A DNA stretch of 29,273 nt from a virus (lineage: Duplodnaviria; Caudoviricetes): positions 1 through 29,273 of IMG/VR virus record IMGVR_UViG_3300049485_000064; one strand, given 5' to 3'. Position 1 is the first letter of the stretch, and every line of letters starts with the position of its first letter. The notes below the pieces were generated by a model that was given only the letters and a program-made list of their open reading frames with translations, made no database searches and had not been told where the DNA came from. Below are positions 1-8,905 of this stretch, piece by piece. Position numbers and translations under genes: made by a program.

Positions 1-2
1 CT

Positions 3-1391
3 CCCAGCCCCTGTTGAGATGCAATCGACTGTCACGCCATTCTCACGGCACTTGTATTTGTTGCCAGTCGAGTCGTACCACATATCCCCGTTATTTGGAG
101 CCCCAACGAGTCCTGCTTGCGATCCTATGTTGAGTCCTGCGTTCGTGCCGTTTGGGTTGAACGTCTGCGTGACCCCATCAGGAAACGCAATCGCTCCAGA
201 GATAGTCGGGGTAGTGATGGTGGGCGAACCGGCACGCACGAACCCTCCGCTTGTACCTGTTTCATCGGTGAGATTTCCAGCTAATTCCGCCGAGGTGGTC
301 GCGGCGAGCGAGCTGAGATTATCGGCTGTCCGCACATAGGTCTGAACGGACCCGCCATTCTCGTGACTTTTGAGTTTCGAGTCGGCGGAATCGAAGTACA
401 TATTGTGTTCACCTGCCCCTGCCCCTGCGCCAGGTGCTGCGCCTTCCGTGATCGTGAAATAGCCCGTGCCACCCGTGCTGGCAAACCCACCAGAGCAGGT
501 CAGTAGATTCGCGTCGCTGATCGTGCAACCAGACGATTGAATGGTAGTGCCCCCTGTACCATCAGCCCGAATAATTGCGTTGTCAGTCGCACCCGTCGAG
601 CCACCAATGCCGCCCGCGCCCCCTGTATCTAGGTCGCTGGCCGTGCCATTTTGACACTTGCGAAAGTTGGTCGTGGTGCTATTGGCTTTGATCCAGTAGT
701 TCCCTGCGGCGCAAGTAGAATCACCAGCAGTCTCACTAAACTCAATCCCAGGACCTGGTATAACTAATGTACTTGGAAGGGATAATGTAATAGCGCCAGT
801 GGAGGCTGAACTAGTTACTTGATTAGCTGTACCTGTAATAGTTGTAGGCAAAGCCGTACAACCAGTAGCAACACCAGTGGTATTTACACCTTGGGCAAAT
901 TGTCCGGCAGAACAATCTGCACCATCAGCGGCCAAGGCTGTAGCTGTTGCTATATTACCTGCTGGTACCACGTAGTCAGTACCAGAAACAGCAATACTAA
1001 GAACACCAGTTGTAGTAGTGTTTTTGAGTATTCCCGTGGCTAATAGCCCAAGAGCCTGCTCATTGGTCAACGTACCATCGTTGGTTTGAGTGATATAAGT
1101 AGCACCTGATGGGGCACCACCAGAACTACAAGCTCCCCATGTAGGTAAGCCAGCAGTTACTACTAGGCACTGGCCAGCTGTACCGATACCTATACGCTCC
1201 CAAGTAGTATTAAAGCGTATAATATCACCTGCTACACCTGCTGCTCCGGTGCTGTCACTGTGGGTAGAGGATAGCATATTGTGGTTAGAACCACCACCAC
1301 CTCCACCACCAGGACTAAATACATCCGATTGAACAGGGCTAGAAAGGAGCAATCCCACTAGCAAACATAGAATAGAAAAAGTTTTTTTCAT
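3..1391 (-). CDS. Fibre-like Gly/Thr/Ser-rich virion or surface protein with N-terminal signal peptide (3'-partial, runs off the left edge)
   Basis: Not in the ORF track because it is open at the edge. Hand translation from ATG 1391 (ATGA overlap with the upstream stop, GAGG upstream) gives MKKTFSILCLLVGLLLSSPVQSDVFSPGGGGGGGSNHNMLSSTHSD...GDIIRFNTTWERIGIGTAGQCL...NGDMWYDSTGNKYKC. No stop was seen and the frame matches at both ends. GD-x-W-Y-D and GTAGQ-x-L units are typical of phage fibres. Confidence 0.85.
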   Translation of the reverse strand, partial: MKKTFSILCLLVGLLLSSPVQSDVFSPGGGGGGGSNHNMLSSTHSDSTGAAGVAGDIIRFNTTWERIGIGTAGQCLVVTAGLPTWGACSSGGAPSGATYITQTNDGTLTNEQALGLLATGILKNTTTTGVLSIAVSGTDYVVPAGNIATATALAADGADCSAGQFAQGVNTTGVATGCTALPTTITGTANQVTSSASTGAITLSLPSTLVIPGPGIEFSETAGDSTCAAGNYWIKANSTTTNFRKCQNGTASDLDTGGAGGIGGSTGATDNAIIRADGTGGTTIQSSGCTISDANLLTCSGGFASTGGTGYFTITEGAAPGAGAGAGEHNMYFDSADSKLKSHENGGSVQTYVRTADNLSSLAATTSAELAGNLTDETGTSGGFVRAGSPTITTPTISGAIAFPDGVTQTFNPNGTNAGLNIGSQAGLVGAPNNGDMWYDSTGNKYKCRENGVTVDCISTGAG

Positions 1392-2215
1392 GCTACCCTC
1401 ACATCTGCGTGAACCATGCTCTGAATAGCAGCCTTGTTGCTAAGCATGGCAACAAAAGAATCATAGCCACCTTCTAGGTATTCTTCACCAACCGGCTTGA
1501 TCTCATATATTACATTGTCAGCCAGGCCTTCGATGGCTACAATGATCTTGGCAACGCTCAAGCTATTTGCTACCGCAGCGGTTGTGCCAGGGGCAGTGGT
1601 TGATCTAAACCTTGCCCCATAGAGACCAAGTGGAACACCGGTGCCGTGACCGGCTTCTAAAGGAGCCCAGTCATTTGGGATGCCCCATACGATTAAGTTC
1701 TCACCAATAGCATAGTGGCCACTTGATATAGGTGCTACGAGTAGATTTGTTAATACTTGCCACGTGCCACCTGCTAAGCTATACTCCATCGTACGCACTG
1801 GGTTAGTTCCAGCCGAAGCCGTCCCAACATCAATACATAGAGTATTAAATGGATTCCTAGCAGCCACTAGAAAACCATCATTTGCCGTTAGGGTCTCCAT
1901 CGGGAAGTCAGTAACAGTTGCATTTTGGGCGTCCACTGTGTCGTTAGTGAAAACAGTACCGGCATGTGTCCACTGACCGGCCACCCACTCACTTTTGTGA
2001 ACACGACCTCCAACTCCACACTGAATCACGTTGCCGGTACGATTTTGGATAGATGCAAAACCAAGGCCAAATCTGTATACTTCTTCTAACCTAGCACCAT
2101 AGGCTGCTATCCCAGGTGGTCTCCACAAAACACCGTCAAAACTATATGGTTTGCCGCCATCCATTAGGAGTTGGACTCCTCGGCTAATGGAGTTATAAGC
2201 ATATTGTGTTCTCAT
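1388..2215 (-). CDS. Hypothetical virion structural protein (beta-rich)
   Basis: 275-aa ORF with AGGAGG RBS, located in the structural operon. No family recognised. Confidence 0.75.
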   Translation of the reverse strand: MRTQYAYNSISRGVQLLMDGGKPYSFDGVLWRPPGIAAYGARLEEVYRFGLGFASIQNRTGNVIQCGVGGRVHKSEWVAGQWTHAGTVFTNDTVDAQNATVTDFPMETLTANDGFLVAARNPFNTLCIDVGTASAGTNPVRTMEYSLAGGTWQVLTNLLVAPISSGHYAIGENLIVWGIPNDWAPLEAGHGTGVPLGLYGARFRSTTAPGTTAAVANSLSVAKIIVAIEGLADNVIYEIKPVGEEYLEGGYDSFVAMLSNKAAIQSMVHADVRVA

Positions 2216-2227
2216 GCTAATCCTCCT

Positions 2228-2590
2228 TTAACCTAAGGGTTCCCATTGAATGATTACTTCTGGTTCTTGGCCAGCTGTTGGAGCTGTTAAGCCATCGTGA
2301 GTAGTTGTCACACAATAACCAAGAGCAGTACTGAATTGGATACCCCCCTTTTTACCTGAATAGGACCCTTTGTTTACGGTACAATCTAGCTGAGTGTCGC
2401 CAGCAGGTATTGGAACTACCTTCTCGGGTGCTGTTGTGCCCGGCGTAATGCTGGCAGTATTGAACAGTTGAAGAAACAATCTAGGTGCAGCACCAACTCG
2501 CTGTCTGCAAGTTACAGACTTCAACCTAGTTGCACCTGTACGAATCACAACTGCGGTATTATCTGCGTCTCTATCATAAAACTGTGGCAT
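2228..2590 (-). CDS. Small beta-sandwich virion accessory/decoration protein (putative)
   Basis: 120 aa with GAGGA RBS. The pattern FLQLFN..S.TPGTTAP..V.PIPA...G..F.T.L resembles small head-associated proteins found downstream of capsid genes. Confidence 0.65.
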   Translation of the reverse strand: MPQFYDRDADNTAVVIRTGATRLKSVTCRQRVGAAPRLFLQLFNTASITPGTTAPEKVVPIPAGDTQLDCTVNKGSYSGKKGGIQFSTALGYCVTTTHDGLTAPTAGQEPEVIIQWEPLG

Positions 2591-2593
2591 TTA

Positions 2594-2953
2594 TTATTCC
2601 TCTTGTCCGGCAAGTGCATCTACATCTCGACCAGGTGCAACTTTGCCTCCTCGCACGTTTACAACCTTAGCCTTGTCGCCATCTAAATCAGTTTCACGGT
2701 TGATTAGTTCTTCCTCTGCCAACTTTCCTTTACCCATGAAACTAGTGTTGTGGATACCTTTGATACCCACTTGATAATCTGCCCGGCCTGTTTCGAGGTC
2801 ATATGATTTGATGCTCTTTTTGCGTGCATGATTGCCTACTTCCTCGGTTACATCTAGTTCTTCAGAAGCAGGAACTATATAACCTACCCCATCGAAAGTA
2901 AAAGCAAAGTCTCTGTCGGTTCGATTCACAAGAGTTACTACGTGACGATTCAT
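2594..2953 (-). CDS. Hypothetical phage protein downstream of major capsid
   Basis: Start moved from 3001 to ATG 2953, which follows AAGGAG. The 5' extension is a hairpin region. Sequence begins MNRHVVTLVNRTDRDFAFTFDG. Confidence 0.7.
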   Translation of the reverse strand: MNRHVVTLVNRTDRDFAFTFDGVGYIVPASEELDVTEEVGNHARKKSIKSYDLETGRADYQVGIKGIHNTSFMGKGKLAEEELINRETDLDGDKAKVVNVRGGKVAPGRDVDALAGQEE

Positions 2954-2972
2954 AAAGCTCCTTGTTAAGGGC

Positions 2973-3000
2973 TGGCTCCCGGCAAATTTGCCAGAAGCCA
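2973..3000 (-). promoter_or_regulatory. Stem-loop / palindromic site (core GGCAAATTTGCC) after capsid gene
   Basis: Minus strand TGGCTTCTGGCA-AATT-TGCCGGGAGCCA forms a 12-bp stem with G-U pairs and has no U-tract. The core is shared with three other intergenic sites. Confidence 0.6.
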
Positions 3001-3014
3001 ACCCAACTTAGATA

Positions 3015-4295
3015 TTAGTTGATATGTGCGACCACGATATTGGTAGTGATTCCATCCCAACGAACACAGCTCGCGGGCCGGTCGTTGGAGAAGTTCTCAA
3101 ACACCCGATATCGCGCTTCGTAGGCATCAACGTCTACCAAACGAAGCAGGATCGTGCCGTCATCATCGGCCCATTCACCCTCGACCTCACTCCAACGAGT
3201 GAAGTGCATCGGGTCAATGCCGAACAAGGTTCCATAGGGAGCATCCTTGTCAACATACCAAGGAAGGTCACCAAAAGTGATGTCCTTCATCTTGGCAGCT
3301 ACTGTGCCGGCATCTGGGCTCCGAAGGTCTCCACCAGAATAACGCCGATCTACTTCCATCAGCGTCAAGTATGCTCGGCGGACCGAGTGGTGGCAGACAA
3401 AGAATTGAACAGAACCTTCTCCAACTTGATCTGCCACATCCAAACCTCTCTGAAGGATATCAGCAGACAACGGGCCGACTGAGGCCACGTTTACGGAGTT
3501 GAAGATTGGGAATGTGGTACGGTTGACGTTATGAAGAGTGCTTACATAATCTCCATCATCAACCAGGCCTAACAGACCCATGCTTTCCTTGTTGGTGCTA
3601 GTATCAGCCAACGAAGTGGTTCCAGGCTTTGCGGCCTGAACTACAAAATCGTTGTCTGCATAAGAAGCATCAGCCGCCGCGTCGATGGTACAAGTCAAAC
3701 CATCATTGGCAACCGCTGTAACCTTGCGCGCCGTACCGGACCTGATAGCTGGGCCGGTTGGGTTTACAATATGGATGTACATGTTTTTTTGGATCCAACG
3801 TCCACCGTTGATAGCACCGGCTACGTTGCCAGGAGAATCCAACGTCAACGTAGTGGTTGTGCCTGGATCTCCATTGAGTAAGCACAACACACCTGAGCCG
3901 TACCCAAACATTGCCCGGTTGAGCTTGTTTGAGAGATCTCGCACCACACCAGCCATTTCCTGATCCATTGCCCGTTTGAAAGCACCTTTGTTAGAACGCG
4001 AATGCTTGATTACTTGAATGGACAACTGGATACGACCGTGGGCGTATCTGATAGGAACTTGATGCTCGATGTACTCCTGATTACCAGCATCTGGCAATGT
4101 GCCGTTTTCACTGGTAAACATGGTACCCTGGTTGCGACCCACGTTGAGTGGATACCTAACCACACGACCTTCCCACGAGCCAGTTTCCTTTTTGAAACGA
4201 TTTCTTGTTACAGTCCTAGAGTTGAGCAAGACTATGATAGTCTTCTCATACACTTCCTTAAGGGCTGCGTCATATGCTGAGATGTCAAGTCCCAT
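3015..4295 (-). CDS. Major capsid protein (HK97 fold)
   Basis: 426 aa directly after a scaffold-like gene, GGAG RBS. Motifs ALKEVY, GRVVRYPL..GRN....E.G.LP, GAF..A...EM......L...LNR..FG.GSG and F.D.PW..D.DAP are typical of phage MCPs. Confidence 0.88.
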   Translation of the reverse strand: MGLDISAYDAALKEVYEKTIIVLLNSRTVTRNRFKKETGSWEGRVVRYPLNVGRNQGTMFTSENGTLPDAGNQEYIEHQVPIRYAHGRIQLSIQVIKHSRSNKGAFKRAMDQEMAGVVRDLSNKLNRAMFGYGSGVLCLLNGDPGTTTTLTLDSPGNVAGAINGGRWIQKNMYIHIVNPTGPAIRSGTARKVTAVANDGLTCTIDAAADASYADNDFVVQAAKPGTTSLADTSTNKESMGLLGLVDDGDYVSTLHNVNRTTFPIFNSVNVASVGPLSADILQRGLDVADQVGEGSVQFFVCHHSVRRAYLTLMEVDRRYSGGDLRSPDAGTVAAKMKDITFGDLPWYVDKDAPYGTLFGIDPMHFTRWSEVEGEWADDDGTILLRLVDVDAYEARYRVFENFSNDRPASCVRWDGITTNIVVAHIN

Positions 4296-4298
4296 TGA

Positions 4299-5048
4299 TT
4301 ACTCCTGTCTACTCGATTCCAGCATCGCAAAGGCTTCTTCAGAGGCTTTATCTAACAGGTCCCGTTCTTCAAGCCGCCCAAGTTGACCATTCTGGCTTTT
4401 AGGCTTTTCAGATTGTTCATTAGGCTTCTGTGTTATAGGAGCCTTGGGAACTACCTTTTTACCTTGAACATTCGCACCAGGGATCACCCTGCGAACATTC
4501 GGCCAGAAGGTCTTCTTGGCCACTGCAAACGCATCGCTAAAGACTTTTTGGTCCATAGCATAGAAGCGTCTCAGAAGCTTGGGGTCTGCTGCAATTATGC
4601 CGCTTAGAAGCTCTTGGAGATACTGATTGTTTGAGTCGTTGACTTCAATACCTATCTCTTTGAGAAACTCATTGTTAGCTGAAGCACCTTGCTCAGTATA
4701 TGCCTGCCGCTGAACCTCCATCATGTTGGTCATGACCTGGAGTTCAGGAAACACATTGAGAAGCTCTTTGCGAATTTCGGCCTTCTCTTTGTCGGTGGTT
4801 CTATTCTGAGGCAAAGCTTCGAGTTCTTTGAGTCTCCCCATTGCCTTGCGAATGTCGTCAGGGCTACCAAGTTCTTTGTACTTTGTGTAGCCTTGATTAA
4901 CCTCGTCGAACCGGTGTTTTGGGATCCACTTGCCGTCCTTTGGAGCTTGTTCGCCCTTATCGTTGGCGGCACGTTCTCCTTCAGGGGGCTGTTGACCCTC
5001 CACCTGTTCGATTTGTTGCTGACCTTCTACTTTCTCCTCGTCACCCAT
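4299..5048 (-). CDS. Capsid scaffolding protein (putative)
   Basis: Acidic disordered N-terminus, WIPKHRFDEVN motif common in scaffolds, helical middle, GGAGG RBS, and position immediately upstream of MCP. Confidence 0.75.
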   Translation of the reverse strand: MGDEEKVEGQQQIEQVEGQQPPEGERAANDKGEQAPKDGKWIPKHRFDEVNQGYTKYKELGSPDDIRKAMGRLKELEALPQNRTTDKEKAEIRKELLNVFPELQVMTNMMEVQRQAYTEQGASANNEFLKEIGIEVNDSNNQYLQELLSGIIAADPKLLRRFYAMDQKVFSDAFAVAKKTFWPNVRRVIPGANVQGKKVVPKAPITQKPNEQSEKPKSQNGQLGRLEERDLLDKASEEAFAMLESSRQE

Positions 5049-5132
5049 AAACCCTCCGTTCGTTTGTTATTCGGGGTACGACCCCTAGCCCTCGCTATTT
5101 TTACATGGTTGCGACCATGATGGGCATGATTA

Positions 5133-5477
5133 CTAACCAAGAACTATCTCATCACCCGTCACAACTATAACGAGAATGTTATTAGTTCCAGCTGACAGCG
5201 TTAAGATTTCTGCTGCGTCCATGATTAGATACAGAAAGATATCTCTAACGCTATCAGTAACACCAGCTGCTTTTGCTGGTATACTGTAAGTCTCCAACAG
5301 ACGTGTCCCAGCTGCATCGGCTCCAACTGATACAGTAAGTGTAACAGGAGATGCTGATGGGTTATTTACATGGATCTGTCTTATGATGGTTTTTGTCAGA
5401 GCCGGTACAGTATATACGGTTGTTGGTCCAGTAGCTACTAATGCCGGGCCTACTAAGCGTTTTGGAATACGTGCCAT
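5133..5477 (-). CDS. Small beta-sandwich virion protein (putative)
   Basis: 114 aa with AAGGAG RBS. The TVYTVPA.TKTII..I.V.N pattern is common in phage structural modules. Confidence 0.7.
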   Translation of the reverse strand: MARIPKRLVGPALVATGPTTVYTVPALTKTIIRQIHVNNPSASPVTLTVSVGADAAGTRLLETYSIPAKAAGVTDSVRDIFLYLIMDAAEILTLSAGTNNILVIVVTGDEIVLG

Positions 5478-5486
5478 AGGATCTCC

Positions 5487-6125
5487 TTATATTCCTTTTA
5501 ACTCACTTTGCACTAAGGTATTAGTACCAGAAAATGATGCTCCCCCATTTACCGAGGCACCGATTATCAAGTTGGCTACAGTAGAATCGAAAGCAGCCGA
5601 TGTTACTGTGAGAATGCCAGTACCAGAAGCACCTGTTGAAATCAAACCAGTCGCGGCCAAATGATGCGTACAACGGCAGATTCCTACCAACACAGCCGAT
5701 GCTCCTATATTGCGGATGTGAGCGAGAATTTCAAACGTACCTGTATCAATTGCCGCAGTTCCGGCACCAAAAGTAAAAGTTAAACGTGCAGCGTCGGCAG
5801 TAGTACCAGCGGTACCTACTCTCACATTGATTGCAAAAGCGGCGGTACCAGCCGCAGTTTTCACCATATCAAAAACAAGACGATAGAGAGTTTTGGCTTT
5901 TAGTAAGGTACTAGGAATTGCAATCGAAGAACCTACTAAATAAGTATCTGCGGCAAAACCCGTTTGGTTGGCAGTACTAGCATTTTCAATATCCCCAAGT
6001 GTATCTACACTACCAGAATCATCTTTGGACTGCCATTTTTTGGAAGTACTATCAACCCAAATAATAGACTGTCCTGCAGATGGTGTTGCAGGTGCGCTTT
6101 GGACATCTAATAAAAGTTCAGACAT
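5487..6125 (-). CDS. Fibre/spike-like virion protein
   Basis: 212 aa, Ala/Thr/Gly-rich. N-terminal SAPATPSAG....WVDS fibre-like unit followed by a beta-rich C-terminal domain. Coupled to the collagen gene. Confidence 0.65.
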   Translation of the reverse strand: MSELLLDVQSAPATPSAGQSIIWVDSTSKKWQSKDDSGSVDTLGDIENASTANQTGFAADTYLVGSSIAIPSTLLKAKTLYRLVFDMVKTAAGTAAFAINVRVGTAGTTADAARLTFTFGAGTAAIDTGTFEILAHIRNIGASAVLVGICRCTHHLAATGLISTGASGTGILTVTSAAFDSTVANLIIGASVNGGASFSGTNTLVQSELKGI

Positions 6126-6754
6126 TAGTTCCCTATACGTAAGCGCCCGGTTCCGGCTACTGTGGCTCTCTGTGTTGAAGTTAGTTGTATGCGCTTGGCT
6201 GCGATATAATAGTTTCCAGTATTGACTGTAAAAGACCCAGGGGTATAGGAAGTATTACCACCTGCTCCTGGAGCACCAGTAGGGCCTTGATTACCTATTG
6301 GACCTGGAATAATGTAAGGGATTTCAGGTTCTTCGGCATCAAGTCCAGGAGGTCCTGGTACTCCAGATGCACCAGCCGCACCATTTATGCCTATTGTACC
6401 AGGATTGCCAGCAGGTCCTGGGAAGCCCATTTCACCCTGATCACCTTCGAGACCATCTACCCCCGGTACGCCTTGTGCGCCTGTAAAACCTTGGATGCCT
6501 TGAATACCTTGGACACCCATTGAGCCAGGTAAGCCCATGACACCTTCATCACCTTCGGGGCCTTCTAAGCCAGATGGACCAGTTTGGCCTACTGGACCTC
6601 TAGAGCCTACTGGACCAGGAATAAGCGATACCGACTCATCAGCATCTTGGCCGTCCGTAGCAATACCAGGAGGTCCTTGTGGGCCTGCTGGGCCTGTGGC
6701 ACCAGGAGGTCCTGGCGAACCACCTGATCCTGGAGGATAAAAAGCATCACTCAT
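6125..6754 (-). CDS. Collagen-like (Gly-X-Y) fibre protein
   Basis: Long Gly-X-Y runs (GPPGATGPAGPQGPPG..., GLEGPEGDEGVMGLPG...) with two acidic interruptions each ending in IPGP. Confidence 0.9.
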   Translation of the reverse strand: MSDAFYPPGSGGSPGPPGATGPAGPQGPPGIATDGQDADESVSLIPGPVGSRGPVGQTGPSGLEGPEGDEGVMGLPGSMGVQGIQGIQGFTGAQGVPGVDGLEGDQGEMGFPGPAGNPGTIGINGAAGASGVPGPPGLDAEEPEIPYIIPGPIGNQGPTGAPGAGGNTSYTPGSFTVNTGNYYIAAKRIQLTSTQRATVAGTGRLRIGN

Positions 6755-7050
6755 TGGGGTTCCTTGTCTAAGGTCATTCTACCACCAACCTGAACTGCTG
6801 CGGTGGAGTTGAAAATTAAAGCCTCATTGGTATTGGTGCTTACCCAAGGCATGTTAGATGCGTCAATTACCATAACCATGTTGGCCTTTATGGGCATTCC
6901 ACCTACTAGAATGTTTGCACCACTTTTGATCTGGATTGTGGTATCTCCACCCGGCACAAAGAACATCTGTCTGATCTTATACCTAAATCCCGCAGCCGCA
7001 GCCAAGATTGTATTATCACCAGATGCGCTAAAATCAATCTTGGCTTCCAT
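6751..7050 (-). CDS. Small beta-sandwich virion protein (putative)
   Basis: 99 aa, translationally coupled on both sides, with alternating hydrophobic beta patterns. Confidence 0.65.
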   Translation of the reverse strand: MEAKIDFSASGDNTILAAAAGFRYKIRQMFFVPGGDTTIQIKSGANILVGGMPIKANMVMVIDASNMPWVSTNTNEALIFNSTAAVQVGGRMTLDKEPQ

Positions 7051-7250
7051 TAGTCTTGTTCCATCTCTCCCATCGTCGGCACAGTACGCTTTTTACGACC
7101 CCGGCCTACTTGTTTGGTTTCTGGTTCTGCTGTCTCTTCTTCGTAAGAATCTTCCTCACCAGTGTCCATTGGTAAACCGGCGTGAGATTTGAGGTTTTCA
7201 AGTTCCTTCTCAATAGCTGCTATTGCGTGACCGATGCCTTTGGTATTCAT
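7050..7250 (-). CDS. Hypothetical protein
   Basis: 66 aa with AGGAG RBS directly after the portal stop. Confidence 0.65.
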   Translation of the reverse strand: MNTKGIGHAIAAIEKELENLKSHAGLPMDTGEEDSYEEETAEPETKQVGRGRKKRTVPTMGEMEQD

Positions 7251-7258
7251 TAGTGCTC

Positions 7259-8905
7259 CTATTGATGTTGGTTAGAACCACCACCGCCGAGGGCGACGCT
7301 GCCGCCTTCTCGCGCGGTGTCCATTGTTTTATCACCCTTCTCATGGGCTTTGCTTGTTGTTTCAGATTTAGGGCCACCTGATGGCGAACCAGGCTTGGCC
7401 TGCGGCTCAGATCCTGGCGGGGGCGGCATAGCCATCAAGTGGTCCAATAGGTGGTTCTGCCAATAAAGTTTTTTCCAAGGCTCTAACATACGGTATTGTT
7501 CGGTTCGAGATGGTTTGCGGTGTTCCATAATGTGGACCAGATGGTTGTCAAACAGAGGTTCTACCTTTGGTCCACCTTCTGGAAATGGCATCGGTGACAT
7601 TGGATCTAGTACAGGTTCACCGGTAGTTGGGTCTGCAGGAACTTGCCAATCCAATAAGGCTTGCCACTCGCCGGAGGCGTAGCGTACATCCTCGTCATTG
7701 GCACCTAGGATATTTGTCATACCAAACATCTTGGCTATTTCGTAGCCTTGTTGGGGGTCGGCTGGATTGATGACTCCGATCTTTGCCATCGCTTCAACCA
7801 TTGCTTGTTCTGCCAACTTTGAGCGAGGCCGCGCCGACCCGCCTTCAATCCGTATGTCCACAGACCCTTTGAGATCTGACCCTTTGAATGCTTGGATTTC
7901 CCAGCCACCTGTTGCACCTTTAATTTTCCGCATGCGCTCTTCGGTTGCATAAGTGCGGAATAGTTTGATTAAGATTGTATAAAGCTGGACCCAACCAGCT
8001 TCCCAGTTTGCAAACACTGATACGAAACGTCCATAGCTACGTTCTGTAAGAAGTTGAATGGCATAGCCAGCGGAGACGCCTCGTGGGGTGTTACCTTTCA
8101 TAGCATCAAAGGTGCCAGCGATTTCCTCAAAGTCTGCTTCGTAGCCTTTTTTGAGTTCTAACATGGCGGCGTGAAAGGGAGCTACTGTGACTATTTCAGG
8201 TTTCGCGCCACCAGTACCTGTTGGGGTCCATCTAATTACTTGTGATGGTTCACCTGCTATGTTGCTTATGGAGGAGCCATTTGGAATTATCCAGTTATTA
8301 TGGGTACCTTTCATTGAGGCCAACTCCAGAAGCGACTCAAGCCGGTTGAGTTGATCCTGCTTAGGGATGATGTCATACATTGGGGTTTTGGAATATAACC
8401 TACCAGGCACCATGTTATAGCCAAACTTGACCAAGGGACAGTAGTATTGCTTACCATTTTTGGTCTCTTCAAAAAATGGTGATGGTCCAGATTCGAGGCA
8501 GATGCTATCCATAGTACAAACGGCATCGAGGCCTTCTGGGTATTTTTCAGACGGCATCTGGACATGGCGTAGTAAGGTCACCCGGTCGCGTTGTACGGCA
8601 CCTGTGAGGTTGTAGCCAGAATCCTCGGTGCTATAGGCTAGAGCGTCCATGAAGTATTGCGCCGAACGGGTGGCTGAGTGGGTGTCAGGGTGGATTTTGT
8701 CTACCATATCAGGGTAGCGTTCTTTTACTGTATCTACGCCGTAGCTTTTTGCAACCGTGAATTTTAGTTGCTTGGCCATGTCAGTTATGTCTACGTTTAG
8801 GTAGATTTCTAAGGGAGAGCAGATATCTACTTTTAAGCGGCCAACTGGGTATTCTTCCACAAGAAGGACAAGCTCCGGCATCTTCCCATAGCTTAGGCTG
8901 GGCAA
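7259..8905 (-). CDS. Portal protein, C-terminal part (real coding likely begins near 8860, after the frame break)
   Basis: P22-like portal features: PGRLYSKTPMYDIIPKQDQLNR, GNTPRGVSAGYAIQLL.E, F.G.DL....DIRIE.GS, plus a Pro-rich tail. The annotated start has no clear RBS. Confidence 0.8.
   Translation of the reverse strand: MPSLSYGKMPELVLLVEEYPVGRLKVDICSPLEIYLNVDITDMAKQLKFTVAKSYGVDTVKERYPDMVDKIHPDTHSATRSAQYFMDALAYSTEDSGYNLTGAVQRDRVTLLRHVQMPSEKYPEGLDAVCTMDSICLESGPSPFFEETKNGKQYYCPLVKFGYNMVPGRLYSKTPMYDIIPKQDQLNRLESLLELASMKGTHNNWIIPNGSSISNIAGEPSQVIRWTPTGTGGAKPEIVTVAPFHAAMLELKKGYEADFEEIAGTFDAMKGNTPRGVSAGYAIQLLTERSYGRFVSVFANWEAGWVQLYTILIKLFRTYATEERMRKIKGATGGWEIQAFKGSDLKGSVDIRIEGGSARPRSKLAEQAMVEAMAKIGVINPADPQQGYEIAKMFGMTNILGANDEDVRYASGEWQALLDWQVPADPTTGEPVLDPMSPMPFPEGGPKVEPLFDNHLVHIMEHRKPSRTEQYRMLEPWKKLYWQNHLLDHLMAMPPPPGSEPQAKPGSPSGGPKSETTSKAHEKGDKTMDTAREGGSVALGGGGSNQHQ

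Noticed and set aside
893-906. GGGCAAATTGTCC as another palindrome copy
   Set aside because: Imperfect, inside coding sequence, and lacking the GCT/AGC flanks.
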